NCBI GenBank assembly: GCA_035319185.1
Contig: DATHDF010000074.1
Coordinates: 77,537-141,536, forward strand
Length of the DNA: 64,000 nt
Origin: Dissulfurispiraceae bacterium
Lineage (GTDB): Bacteria; Nitrospirota; Thermodesulfovibrionia; Thermodesulfovibrionales; Dissulfurispiraceae
Direction of reading: 5' to 3'
The position numbers were made by a program, and so were the translations under genes. Shown here one piece after another: positions 28,141-37,861 of the stretch. A model generated the notes under the pieces. It had not been told where the DNA came from. It worked only from the letters and a program-made list of their open reading frames with translations, and made no database searches. Within the stretch, counting starts at the first letter, position 1. Every line of letters begins with the position of its first letter.

Positions 28141-30387
28141 TTAAGTAGTCAATCTCCTGTATATCTCGGTTATACGGTCCGGAAGCTTTCTTACGTCGTC
28201 AATAAGGGTGTAGTTCGACTCTCCGTACATGTGAGGAAGATATGACCTTGCCTCCTTGTCAATGGTGACGCAGAAAGGATGTATACCCCTTTCCCTTGCC
28301 TCTATGAGGGCCTTCCTTGTATCCTCTATTGCATACTCTCCCTTGTAGGCGTCCCAGTCCTCAGGCTTGCCATCGCTCAGTATTACAAAGAGTCTCGTCC
28401 TTGCGTCGACCGATTGCAGTACACTGATCGAATGGCGGATAGCGGGCCCCATTCTTGTGTAATCCTTCGGCGATATGCCGGCTATACGGCTTTTCACTGC
28501 CTCGGAATAGATCTCGTCGAACCCCTTTACCCTGTAATAGTCGCACTTGGTCCTTGTCATGCCGGAAAAACCGTAAATGGCGTATCGATCTCCAAGAGCC
28601 TCAAGCGCCTCGCTCATCAACACGAGAGACTCTTTTTCAGCCTCGCTGACCCAGCCCTTCGTCGAGCCGCTCATGTCCAGAAGAAACAACACTGCTATGT
28701 TTCTCTCCTGGCGGTCAAGCCTGATAAACAGATCTTCGTCCGGTTGCAGCCCTGCAAGCCTGTCGCTAAAGGCCTCAACTGAAGCATCGATGTCTATGTC
28801 GTCGCCGTCCTTCTGACGGCGGAGGATTCTCGGCTCCCGTTTCAGCAGCTCGAATTTGTTGCGCAGCAGTCTCACATAGGGGCCGTAGCGTGCAATCGTC
28901 ATATCGACAAAGGGTTCCTGGCCTGGATGCACATCATGCTCGTATAAATTGCACCACTGTTTGCGGTAGCCCGATCTCCTGAAATCCCACTCGTCATATG
29001 GTATGCCGCCCGTCCTGGTAGATGGGGCCTCCTCTTCCTCGGCGAGATCGGCAAGCGTCACAGGAGAGCCCGAACCGAGATCGCTTCCTTTAACAAGGAT
29101 GCCGCCCGGAATGCCCTGACGTTCGTCTATGATCTCCCTGAGCTCACTGTCGAGCTCGATTATCCTTCCCTTGATAAGCAGGTATTTTTCTTCCGGCCTC
29201 AATTCCCTTTCCTGCAAAGACTTTGCGCCTTCCGGCCTTTTTCGGCTTTCAATTTCAGGTACCGTAAGGAGCTTATTGATCATTCCCTCATAGCTCTTCT
29301 TCTTTTCCGCATGCCTCGCCCTGATAAGACTGGAAACCTTGTCGGGCCTTATATTTCCGATAAACCCAAGATCGCACGGCTCATACTTTTCTCCTTTGAG
29401 GCGAGTTTTTTCACAAATCCAGGCAATCAGTGCGAATGACGCCGCGGGTCCCTCCTCCTGTCTAAGCAGTTCTATCTTTTTAATTGCAGCGTCCCACCAT
29501 CCCGGGTTCTTTCCCTTTATCCTCCCGACCAGATAATACTGAAAAAAAACCTCAACTGCGGCCGATAACGGCGAAAGTGTATCAATGCTGGGTCTCTCGT
29601 CGAACATCCTCTTTCTAAGTGTGGCTGCATCCCTCATCAGCCCCGGCAATTCTTCAGTCAGAAATCTCTCGGCCCTGATCGATTCGAAAATAGCGTATAA
29701 GTCCTGAGCCGCCTCACGTTCGGGAAACGCCCTGAAAATGGAATCGATGTCCGGATGATTTTTTTGTTTTCTGACAAAAGATCTGATTACATCTGTTTCC
29801 GGCATCAGGGATTTACAAACAATCCTAGACCATTGATGGACCGACATCAGCTTATAGACAAAAGCGTTCTCCTTCCTGCTGGAGTACAGATTGATCGCAG
29901 CCGGCAGGTAAATAACCTCTGTATCGGTATGGGCAGTCCTGCCCGGCGCTACCCTGAGCCCCATGCCGGATATTCCCTGAATAAAGGCCTCGATTCTGGA
30001 TAGGACCGAATGCAAACGCAGTCCGGCAGGGCTCTGAAATCTTCTTAACTTTTCTTCGTCGTCGGCGTCTGCAATGAATTTGATATAGGGACCGATTCCC
30101 TTCGCGTCAAGCAGATCGAACGCATTGGTCAGCCATTTCTCAGTGTCCCTCAGGGAAAGTACATTCCTGGCTTTCCTTATACGTGCAAGGCTGCTGACAA
30201 CAAACGCCGAGCTGGCATGAGAAAGCGAGAAGCAGAGTGCGAGTATCTTTTGCCGCAGCGTGTGATCGAAGGACGCGATTCCGTCAAAGACCGTTTTAAC
30301 CTCGTCGTCTTCCATGAAATCGAGCCTGAGATTTGCTTCGAGGTTCTCCCTGAGCTTTTCGATCTGCCTATTCGCTGCAGCGCACAT
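28141..30387 (-). CDS. CbbO/NorD-type von Willebrand factor A protein (748 aa)
   Basis: C-terminal VWA domain with MIDAS motif LLDMSGST. Size and N-terminal helical region match CbbO/NorD. Its start shares one nucleotide (30387) with the stop of the CbbQ-type ATPase gene. Confidence 0.8.
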   Translation of the reverse strand: MCAAANRQIEKLRENLEANLRLDFMEDDEVKTVFDGIASFDHTLRQKILALCFSLSHASSAFVVSSLARIRKARNVLSLRDTEKWLTNAFDLLDAKGIGPYIKFIADADDEEKLRRFQSPAGLRLHSVLSRIEAFIQGISGMGLRVAPGRTAHTDTEVIYLPAAINLYSSRKENAFVYKLMSVHQWSRIVCKSLMPETDVIRSFVRKQKNHPDIDSIFRAFPEREAAQDLYAIFESIRAERFLTEELPGLMRDAATLRKRMFDERPSIDTLSPLSAAVEVFFQYYLVGRIKGKNPGWWDAAIKKIELLRQEEGPAASFALIAWICEKTRLKGEKYEPCDLGFIGNIRPDKVSSLIRARHAEKKKSYEGMINKLLTVPEIESRKRPEGAKSLQERELRPEEKYLLIKGRIIELDSELREIIDERQGIPGGILVKGSDLGSGSPVTLADLAEEEEAPSTRTGGIPYDEWDFRRSGYRKQWCNLYEHDVHPGQEPFVDMTIARYGPYVRLLRNKFELLKREPRILRRQKDGDDIDIDASVEAFSDRLAGLQPDEDLFIRLDRQERNIAVLFLLDMSGSTKGWVSEAEKESLVLMSEALEALGDRYAIYGFSGMTRTKCDYYRVKGFDEIYSEAVKSRIAGISPKDYTRMGPAIRHSISVLQSVDARTRLFVILSDGKPEDWDAYKGEYAIEDTRKALIEARERGIHPFCVTIDKEARSYLPHMYGESNYTLIDDVRKLPDRITEIYRRLTT

Positions 30388-31199
30388 CAGAAGATCGAGC
30401 TTGCTATTTCCGAGAGGGCCGCCGACATCTCTGCATCATCTGTGAGCGGTGATGAAATGGCTACGCGGCAGGCTTCCGAGAGGGCGATTCCGGATGCGAT
30501 GAGCTGCGCTGCATGGATAAGGAGGCGGGTGCTCGAACCTTCCGCCAGACCTCGGTCCTTCAGGTTACGCGTCTTTTCGCCAAAGCTTACCAGTCTGTCC
30601 GCAATGTCCTTTCCCACTCCTGATTCATGCATGATTATCTCAGTCTCGAGGCCCCTGCTGGGATATCCGAATTCCAACGCCAAAAAACGCTGTCTGGTGC
30701 TCTGTTTCAGGTCCTTGAGAACGCTTTGGTATCCGGGATTGTATGACAGCGCCAATAAGAATTCCGGCGGCGCCTTCAGCACCTCTCCCCGTTTTTCAAT
30801 TGGGAGTATACGTCGGTCATCGGCCAGAGGATGTATGACTACAGTTGTATCCTTTCTGGCTTCGACTATTTCATCAAGATAGCAGAAACCGCCAGACTTT
30901 ACGGCCCTCGCCAGAGGACCGTCCACCCAGATCGTCTCTCCGCCCTTCACCAGATAGCGGCCGACAAGGTCCGACGCCGTAAGGTCGTCATGGCAGGAAA
31001 CAGTAATGAGAGGCCTTTTATGCCGCCAGGCCATATATTGCATGAACCTGGTCTTTCCTGATCCGGTTGGACCCTTTAGCAGCACAGGGATGAGATTCTT
31101 GTAGGCAGCCGAAAACAACTCTATCTCATCACCGACGGGCCGGTAATAAGGCTCTTCTTCCACAATGTACTGCTCTGTTCTCAGGGTGGTGGCTCTCAT
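30387..31199 (-). CDS. CbbQ/NirQ/NorQ/GvpN-family MoxR-type AAA+ ATPase
   Basis: Walker A GPTGSGKT, Walker B CYLDEI, and SYNPGYQ...LKQSTRQRF typical of the CbbQ/NorQ family. Confidence 0.9.
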   Translation of the reverse strand: MRATTLRTEQYIVEEEPYYRPVGDEIELFSAAYKNLIPVLLKGPTGSGKTRFMQYMAWRHKRPLITVSCHDDLTASDLVGRYLVKGGETIWVDGPLARAVKSGGFCYLDEIVEARKDTTVVIHPLADDRRILPIEKRGEVLKAPPEFLLALSYNPGYQSVLKDLKQSTRQRFLALEFGYPSRGLETEIIMHESGVGKDIADRLVSFGEKTRNLKDRGLAEGSSTRLLIHAAQLIASGIALSEACRVAISSPLTDDAEMSAALSEIASSIF

Positions 31200-31234
31200 T
31201 TTTTCAATTCCATCATAAGCGGTCCTGGCAACCG

Positions 31235-31882
31235 TCAGAGCGAGGTCAGTCCTTCGCGGACAGCATACTTGGTCAGCTCTGCAACATTATGGCGGTCAAG
31301 TTTTTTCATGATCTTGTGGCGGTGCACATCCACGGTCCTCTCGTGAAGCCCCAATATCACCGCGATCTGGGCTGACGATTTACCCTCAGCCAGCAATTGC
31401 AGCACCTCACGTTCCCTTGACGAAAGCCTTCCCCGCTCCGCAGGGTCATTCACGTTCCCACCGATATATTCGCTGATTATATTGCCCGCGATGTCGGAGC
31501 TGAAATATGCTTTACCCTGTGCCACTGAGCGAATAGCCGATAGCAGTTCATCGAACGAGCAGTCCTTCATCAGATATCCCGAAGCCCCAGCTTCTACCGC
31601 ACCCGATACAAAGTGACTGTCTGCGTGCATCGATAAAATCAGCACTTTAGTGTCGCGGCTCTTCGTCGTTATCTGCCTCGTCGCCTCTATACCGTTCAGC
31701 TCCGGCATCGCGATGTCCATGATAACCACATCCGGCGAGAGCTCACGAGCCAGTTTGACCGCCATCCTTCCGTTGTCTGCTGCTCCCACTACGGCTATAT
31801 CAGTCTGCTGCTCCAGTAAAGACTTAAGCCCGTCTCTCATCACATGGTGGTCCTCGGTAAGAAGCACTCTGATTTTCATCAT
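31235..31882 (-). CDS. NarL/LuxR-family response regulator
   Basis: REC domain (VLLTEDHHVMRDGL, VIMDIAMPELNG) plus a LuxR HTH (LSSREREVLQLLAEGKSSAQIAVILGLHERTV). Confidence 0.9.
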   Translation of the reverse strand: MMKIRVLLTEDHHVMRDGLKSLLEQQTDIAVVGAADNGRMAVKLARELSPDVVIMDIAMPELNGIEATRQITTKSRDTKVLILSMHADSHFVSGAVEAGASGYLMKDCSFDELLSAIRSVAQGKAYFSSDIAGNIISEYIGGNVNDPAERGRLSSREREVLQLLAEGKSSAQIAVILGLHERTVDVHRHKIMKKLDRHNVAELTKYAVREGLTSL

Positions 31883-31888
31883 ATCCTC

Positions 31889-32962
31889 CTATTCTTCCAG
31901 GGGAGCATAAATGGTGATACGCGACCCTTTGCCGGAGGTGGAGTCGATATGCATCTCCCCGCGGAAATGGCCCAGACGTTCGCGGATATTAAACAGACCG
32001 AAACATTCTTTCCTGCCAACATCATAAGACGCTTCAGAAGCATCGAAGCCCTTCCCGTTGTCTTCAACCGTAATCACAATCCTGGCCGCCTCCCTGACAA
32101 TGGATATGGAGCCGGCATCTGCCTGAGAATGCTTCACTATGTTGATGAGCAGCTCCCTGACGGCATGGTACAGAAACACCCTCAGGTCGCCGTCAAGGCT
32201 TTTCTCGCTGTCATCGTGGTAAAAAGTAAGGGCTATACCATGCCTCTGACTCATCTCACGGGACAGCGTCTCAAGGGCCGGCTCAAGCCCGAAGTCGTAG
32301 AGCACCGGCGGACTGATCTCGAATATAAGGGTCCTAAGGTCCTTCACGCTCTTTCTGATATGTTCGTGTATCTCGACCATTGCATTGTCGGTCTCGGCAT
32401 CCCTTTTAGACTTCATTATAGTCTCAATCTTGAATTTCGAAAACACCAGGGTCTGCACAATGGAATCATGGAGTTCAGCGGCAATGCGCCTGCGTTCGCG
32501 CTCCTCGGCTAACGATAATTCCGACGCAAGCTGACGGAGCTTCTCCGCAAGCTTACGATAACCGTCCTCGCTCAGCCGGAGCGCTTCTTCCACTTTCATA
32601 CGTTCAGCTATCTCGTTCTTAAGCTCATAATTGGCCTTTAGAAATTCGGCTGTTCTTTCGGCGACCTTCTGCTCCAGTCCTTCGTGTGCGACGCGAAGAT
32701 ATTCGTTTGCGATGATAAGCTTTCCTGAGCTGAGTTCATAAGCCCGCTCCATCATCTTCTTGTCGGCATCGAACTGCCAGAACAGCCTGTTGATATCCCC
32801 GACAAATTTCATCAGCGGACCCGGCACCAGGTCCAGACTTCTGAAATTATCATCTATACAGCTTTTGAAAGCAGGGTGGATGATCTCGGCCATCATTTCA
32901 TTCTGCAGATCATCCCTAAGCCTACCGTAAAATATATTGTCATTGGCGCTGAAATCGGTCAT
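31889..32962 (-). CDS. Cytoplasmic sensor histidine kinase (HisKA_3 type)
   Basis: H-box RIAAELHDSIVQTL, a coiled-coil linker, HATPase_c (VEDNGKGF) and no TM segments. Start set at ATG 32962 with an AAGGA RBS; the track ORF uses TTG 33001. Confidence 0.85.
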   Translation of the reverse strand: MTDFSANDNIFYGRLRDDLQNEMMAEIIHPAFKSCIDDNFRSLDLVPGPLMKFVGDINRLFWQFDADKKMMERAYELSSGKLIIANEYLRVAHEGLEQKVAERTAEFLKANYELKNEIAERMKVEEALRLSEDGYRKLAEKLRQLASELSLAEERERRRIAAELHDSIVQTLVFSKFKIETIMKSKRDAETDNAMVEIHEHIRKSVKDLRTLIFEISPPVLYDFGLEPALETLSREMSQRHGIALTFYHDDSEKSLDGDLRVFLYHAVRELLINIVKHSQADAGSISIVREAARIVITVEDNGKGFDASEASYDVGRKECFGLFNIRERLGHFRGEMHIDSTSGKGSRITIYAPLEE

Positions 32963-33084
32963 GACCGTCCTTTTCTGCCCATACTTTTTATATTTAAGCA
33001 ATGCCTTTCCAACAGCTAAAGTATACCGCTTGATGCCGGATGTTTCAATAATTTTCCACTCATTCCTGGCTGATTAAAATATAT

Positions 33085-33093
33085 TGGTATAAT
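33085..33093 (+). promoter_or_regulatory. Possible extended -10 promoter (TGgTATAAT) for the 1,462-aa gene
   Basis: TGGTATAAT about 66 nt upstream of ATG 33159, in the 157-nt divergent intergenic region. Confidence 0.35.
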
Positions 33094-33158
33094 TGATTTG
33101 ATACGCACAGCGCAGAGCTTGCTTTGAAAAGAAGCCTCTTTGTGTCTGAACCGGCCCA

Positions 33159-36100
33159 ATGACTGAAATAAAGGAAATCTGCAGACTCGATTATCTGTAC
33201 GGCACCCTGGCTACTGCCTATAAAGGCATTGTCACATCACTGGCGGCCAAGTCCTTCTGCATGCTTCAGCAGGGGACATCCATCACGATCACGGGGACTA
33301 TACTGGCTATGCCCGAAGGCGATTACGAGTCACGCCTGATACGGGAAGGCAATGAGCTTGCCAGATGCGCGATTAAGGACGGTTTCTTTCAATTCACTGT
33401 CAATGAGTCTCTTATTAAGGAAGACAGGAACCTGCAAATCGATATCATCCAGAAAGGCAGGCACGTCGGGTCTTTTCTGCTGAAGCGCGAGAAGCCGGAT
33501 GAATTTTATACGTCGGCCATCGAACTTGCCGACGAGCTGAAGAACTTCGAGCCGCATAGTCTTGTTGCCAGGATTCAGGATAGGCCAGGGCTGCTAAAAA
33601 AGGCTGAAGGGATTATCTCCATCATTATCTCCCCCAAGAGAGACTGGCGAAAACTTTCAGAAGAGATAAACAGCTTTGCGGGTGATCTTTTTTGGGCTGA
33701 CGGCGATGCGTTTGGTGAATGGTATCCGGTACTGACCAAATGGTCGGCTAGAGCGTCCACCATATATCCGAAGCCGGATTCCGGCAGGACTGTGGTGAAT
33801 TTTTTCAGACTCGCCGAGTTGCCTCTTGAGAATATTGCTGACCTGAAGGCCAGGCCGCTGCTCATTGCATGGCTAGATGCCCTTCAGTCTGCCGGCGTAG
33901 ATCTGTCTTTCAATCCGCGGCAGTTTGCAAATATTGCAGACAAAATAAACAGGCGTTTTCCTGAAATCGACATCAAGACGGTAATGCTGCTTCTGCTGAA
34001 GGCGCTCAGAGAGCGCCTTGCAAATGCCCCTGTCATCGGAGCCGATGTCCCGGAAGATGTGCGCAAGGTAATAACATCTTCAGTTGCCGCCTCTATCGAG
34101 AGATATTCAGACGGCAACAGGGCCGTCAGCGAAGCACGCCTTGATGAAGCCGAGTCTTCGATTGCACAGCGTAGATTTAGTGATGCCCTCCGAAGTATTG
34201 ATGATATTATTGCGGTAATCCCCGATGATTCGGAGCTGGTCGAACTTCTCTTTGCGGCGGCAAAGCACTATGCCGCCGCTGAATCGACTTTCCTGGCTGC
34301 AGATATTTTCAGAATCATTCTTCGAACCTTCCCAAGGCTATCTACAGACGCATCGAGAGCGGCCCTACTCAACTCGGCGCAATTGATAAACATATTCATT
34401 GAGCGAAATATGCTTGACGCATGCGCAGCTGTTATGGCCGAGGTCGATAAAACCTCAGAGGACTTCAGGGAGGGATTATTGCTCAGGCCTGATGTTGCAG
34501 TTTCCATAATACGATCTGGCGATGTACGGCTTATAGGCCAGTACGAGGCATGTATAATAAAGTTGAGCGTACCGCCGCCTCGCGTATCAGGCTTTTCGAG
34601 CGACACATGGGCGGAGATAGCTGACCCCAGGCATATCGATCGTCTCTCCAGACTGCTCGCAATCCTGGGTGCAGGTGGGGGCGGATTCCAAGCGCTATTG
34701 GTCAGCCTGCTTTGCAATCTTTATGTCAGCGGCGTATTCATCCAGGACGACATACTATTTCAACGCAACATATCGGCATATCTGAATTCCGGCGCGCCGA
34801 CCGATGACTTTCTGGTCAACTATATCCTGCTGAAAAAATTGCCTGTCTATTTCAATGAAGTGGGTGCTGCAAACGTGATACGCGACGATACGACCGAAAT
34901 CGACTCATGGGCGAATGACATGACACTCTATTTTCTGAGGAAACAGGTGCATGTAAATTCCAGCAACTACAACGTCGGTCTCGTGGAGGCAATCATCAAC
35001 GCATGGGTGCATAACGACCGCAGCTTTCTGCTGGGTGCGGTGCCGGATGATGTGTATGAAAAAGCGGATGCCGGTCTTATCCACCAATACTCACAGGCGA
35101 TAAAACCGCTTTTCGATGCATTAAATATACTAGCCGAAGACAGTCTTCATCTTGACAGGCTGCTGCTCATTCCTTTCGGCGACATCGAGCGGACACTGTC
35201 GGACATAAGCAGCACTGATAAGAAACTATCCGGCGAAACAGCCCGCAAAATTTTGCTTATATGCCGGATATATCGCGAGATAGCGAAGAAATATGCGCTG
35301 TCTGGCGGGGCTTCAGCGGAACCCAATGCTATTGAGAGACTTGCCCTCGATATGGACAGGATATGGCCCCTCAGGAAAGTCCTTTTGTCACCCGATAGAA
35401 CTATGCCGGAAGAAAGTCTCTATTTCAAGAGGCACATAGCCTTCGGCATTCCTTCGGTGCTCGGCACATATCACGAGGCCAAGTTCGATGCATTCTCTGA
35501 AATGTTGAGAACAGAAAACAGGATGACTATCGCTTTTGAAGAACTTATCTCGGAGACAGGGGGACCTCAAACCGGTCTTGACGAAAAAGAATTTAACAGA
35601 TGCCTGCAGTGCCTGCATGTAATGAACGAGTTATGTCGGTCGCACGGAATGGATAACTTTCAGATTACCGAAGCCTTGTTGATTATCAGAACAAACCGTC
35701 TGCATATGACACAGTTCATCGATATTCTGCGAGTTATACAGAAAGAAATAACCTGGATGGTCGATTCTCTGACACGCAGAATCCATTCGCCTTTGAGAAA
35801 TTTCATCATGTCGTGCCCAAAAGAAGATTTAGCCGGATACCTGAAAACGGCAGGCACTGCTAATGCAGATTATGCTGATAAGGTTTCCGACGTCATTATC
35901 CGCGGCATGATAAGCAGCATTGCAGGATTTACCGAGATGGACCGCCTTCTTGAGACAATAATAAAGCGATGCTATTTCGGTCTTGACAGGGAAGGCGACT
36001 CGTTGCTGAATCCCCACGCCGGGGAAGTTATCAGTCCGGCTGCATTCTTTGATCTCCAGGCACTCAGCAACAAAGACGCCATGCAACTGGCGCCCGCAAT

Positions 36101-37547
36101 CGGAGGCAAGGCCAAGAACCTGGTTTATCTGTTGAATGGAAAACTGCGCGTCCCGCATGCCGTCGTTTTGCCGGCGCAAAATACATTTGATTACAAGGAA
36201 TATACTGAAAGTCGTGTATTCGCCGACTCTATCACTGAGGCGGTACGGAACATAGAAGCATCTACAGGACTCAGATACGGAGATCCGCAGCGCCCGCTTT
36301 TTCTGTCGGTTCGCAGCGGGTCGTACATATCGATGCCGGGGATACTGTCATCGATTCTTTACTGCGGAATTAACTCAACAACCCTCGATGGTTTTGCCTC
36401 CTACACAGGCGATTTACTGCTCGCGCTGGATTCATACAGGAGGTTCATCTACCACTATGCCACAGTCGTGTTCGGTATGGAAGAAACAATCTTCAGCCGT
36501 ATCAACGCGGATATGCTCGCTCAGCGGCCAGCTGCCACAATGAGCGATCTGTCTTCCGAGGACATGTCCCGGATAGTGACATCATACATGAAAGAGCTTA
36601 CCGCTGGAGGCTTGACACTGCCGGAGGACGTATATGAGCAGCTCAGGGAGGCGGCGAAAGCGGTATACAAGTCCTGGTACGGGAAAAAAGCTTTACAATT
36701 TAGAGTTGCAATGCAGATGTCTGAGCACTGGGGCACGGCAGTCATGATCATGCAGATGGTGTCCGGCAACCGCAAAGGATCCGGCGCATCGGTTTTTTTT
36801 ACACGCATGCCGTCATCCATGGACAAGGGGGTTTATGGCGACACCAGAGAGTCGGCCACCGGCGATGACCTTGTTCACGGCGGGCTCATCAGTCGTCCCC
36901 TGTCGAAAGCCCAGGCGCCCGATGGTCGGCAAAGCCTTGAGGAAACTGATCCGGAGCTATACGCCATGCATCTGAATCTGGCGGACAGGATAGAAAGCTC
37001 GATGGGCGGGTTGCCTCAGGAAGTCGAGGCCACCTATGTAACAGATGCAGACGGAAACAGGATGATTTACACCCTGCAAACACGCCGCCTGGAATTCCAC
37101 CGCGGTTTCATAAAGCATTTTCAGGACATTTGCAGGATGGATGCAGGCATAATAGGACGCGGCGTGGGGGTACATGGCGGTGCCTTGAGCGGCATCGGGA
37201 CATTTTCATCAACGCCGGAACAGGTGGGCAGAATCCGGAAAGAGACGGGACTTCCTATCATCCTCCTGAGAAGGACATCGAGCACTGATGATGTTTCTCT
37301 GATGCCTCACATCGACGGTATAATTACCTCCACCGGGGGCGCCACATCGCACGCAGCTATCCTGGCGGGGAAATTCGGCCTGAGCGCTGTTGTCGGATGC
37401 ACGGACATGGAAATAATGGTCAACGAAAACGGACAGCAATTTGCGCAGATCGGCAGCTATACTGTCTCAGAGCAAAGCCCGCTGAGCCTTGACGGATCAA
37501 CGGGCCTTATCTATTCGGGGGTCTGCAGTTTCACATCAGAAACCTGA
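33159..37547 (+). CDS. Large multidomain protein: unknown N-terminal region of about 970 aa, then PPDK-type ATP-grasp nucleotide-binding domain and PEP-utilising-enzyme mobile (phosphohistidine) domain; no PEP/pyruvate-binding domain
   Basis: GGKAKNLVYL, RSGSYISMPGILSSILYCGIN, WGTAVMIMQMVSGN, YTLQTRR and the swivel motif TSTGGATSHAAILAGKFGLSAVVGC (His codon about 37350) all parallel pyruvate phosphate dikinase. The protein ends about 65 aa after the His motif. Confidence 0.85.
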   Translation: MTEIKEICRLDYLYGTLATAYKGIVTSLAAKSFCMLQQGTSITITGTILAMPEGDYESRLIREGNELARCAIKDGFFQFTVNESLIKEDRNLQIDIIQKGRHVGSFLLKREKPDEFYTSAIELADELKNFEPHSLVARIQDRPGLLKKAEGIISIIISPKRDWRKLSEEINSFAGDLFWADGDAFGEWYPVLTKWSARASTIYPKPDSGRTVVNFFRLAELPLENIADLKARPLLIAWLDALQSAGVDLSFNPRQFANIADKINRRFPEIDIKTVMLLLLKALRERLANAPVIGADVPEDVRKVITSSVAASIERYSDGNRAVSEARLDEAESSIAQRRFSDALRSIDDIIAVIPDDSELVELLFAAAKHYAAAESTFLAADIFRIILRTFPRLSTDASRAALLNSAQLINIFIERNMLDACAAVMAEVDKTSEDFREGLLLRPDVAVSIIRSGDVRLIGQYEACIIKLSVPPPRVSGFSSDTWAEIADPRHIDRLSRLLAILGAGGGGFQALLVSLLCNLYVSGVFIQDDILFQRNISAYLNSGAPTDDFLVNYILLKKLPVYFNEVGAANVIRDDTTEIDSWANDMTLYFLRKQVHVNSSNYNVGLVEAIINAWVHNDRSFLLGAVPDDVYEKADAGLIHQYSQAIKPLFDALNILAEDSLHLDRLLLIPFGDIERTLSDISSTDKKLSGETARKILLICRIYREIAKKYALSGGASAEPNAIERLALDMDRIWPLRKVLLSPDRTMPEESLYFKRHIAFGIPSVLGTYHEAKFDAFSEMLRTENRMTIAFEELISETGGPQTGLDEKEFNRCLQCLHVMNELCRSHGMDNFQITEALLIIRTNRLHMTQFIDILRVIQKEITWMVDSLTRRIHSPLRNFIMSCPKEDLAGYLKTAGTANADYADKVSDVIIRGMISSIAGFTEMDRLLETIIKRCYFGLDREGDSLLNPHAGEVISPAAFFDLQALSNKDAMQLAPAIGGKAKNLVYLLNGKLRVPHAVVLPAQNTFDYKEYTESRVFADSITEAVRNIEASTGLRYGDPQRPLFLSVRSGSYISMPGILSSILYCGINSTTLDGFASYTGDLLLALDSYRRFIYHYATVVFGMEETIFSRINADMLAQRPAATMSDLSSEDMSRIVTSYMKELTAGGLTLPEDVYEQLREAAKAVYKSWYGKKALQFRVAMQMSEHWGTAVMIMQMVSGNRKGSGASVFFTRMPSSMDKGVYGDTRESATGDDLVHGGLISRPLSKAQAPDGRQSLEETDPELYAMHLNLADRIESSMGGLPQEVEATYVTDADGNRMIYTLQTRRLEFHRGFIKHFQDICRMDAGIIGRGVGVHGGALSGIGTFSSTPEQVGRIRKETGLPIILLRRTSSTDDVSLMPHIDGIITSTGGATSHAAILAGKFGLSAVVGCTDMEIMVNENGQQFAQIGSYTVSEQSPLSLDGSTGLIYSGVCSFTSET

Positions 37548-37567
37548 TACAGCCTGCAGATTTAGTT

Positions 37568-37861
37568 TCAGATGATCTTAGCGACCTTCTTGAGCGCGGT
37601 TTCGTCTTCAGCCAGACGTTCTACGACATGATAGTTGGCGAATGTTATTGCCCTGGCCCTGCAGAAATCCCAGCAGGTCATGCATTCAATACAGTTCTCG
37701 ATGCATTTTATCTCAGGGGGCTCGCCTTTTTGCTTTGCCGGCACAATTACCGGATGAGGATTGTTTTCGCCGGACTGAGGGCAGACTAATATGCATTCGT
37801 TGCAGCTGACGCAACGGTCCCTGTCGTGAATTATTGCGAGGTCTTTCTTCATCTGCTCCAC
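37568..37861 (-). CDS. 2x[4Fe-4S] ferredoxin-like protein (97 aa), last gene of the hydrogenase operon
   Basis: CVSCNECILVCP and CIECMTCWDFC cluster motifs. Overlaps the end of the large-subunit gene by 13 nt. Confidence 0.8.
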   Translation of the reverse strand: MEQMKKDLAIIHDRDRCVSCNECILVCPQSGENNPHPVIVPAKQKGEPPEIKCIENCIECMTCWDFCRARAITFANYHVVERLAEDETALKKVAKII

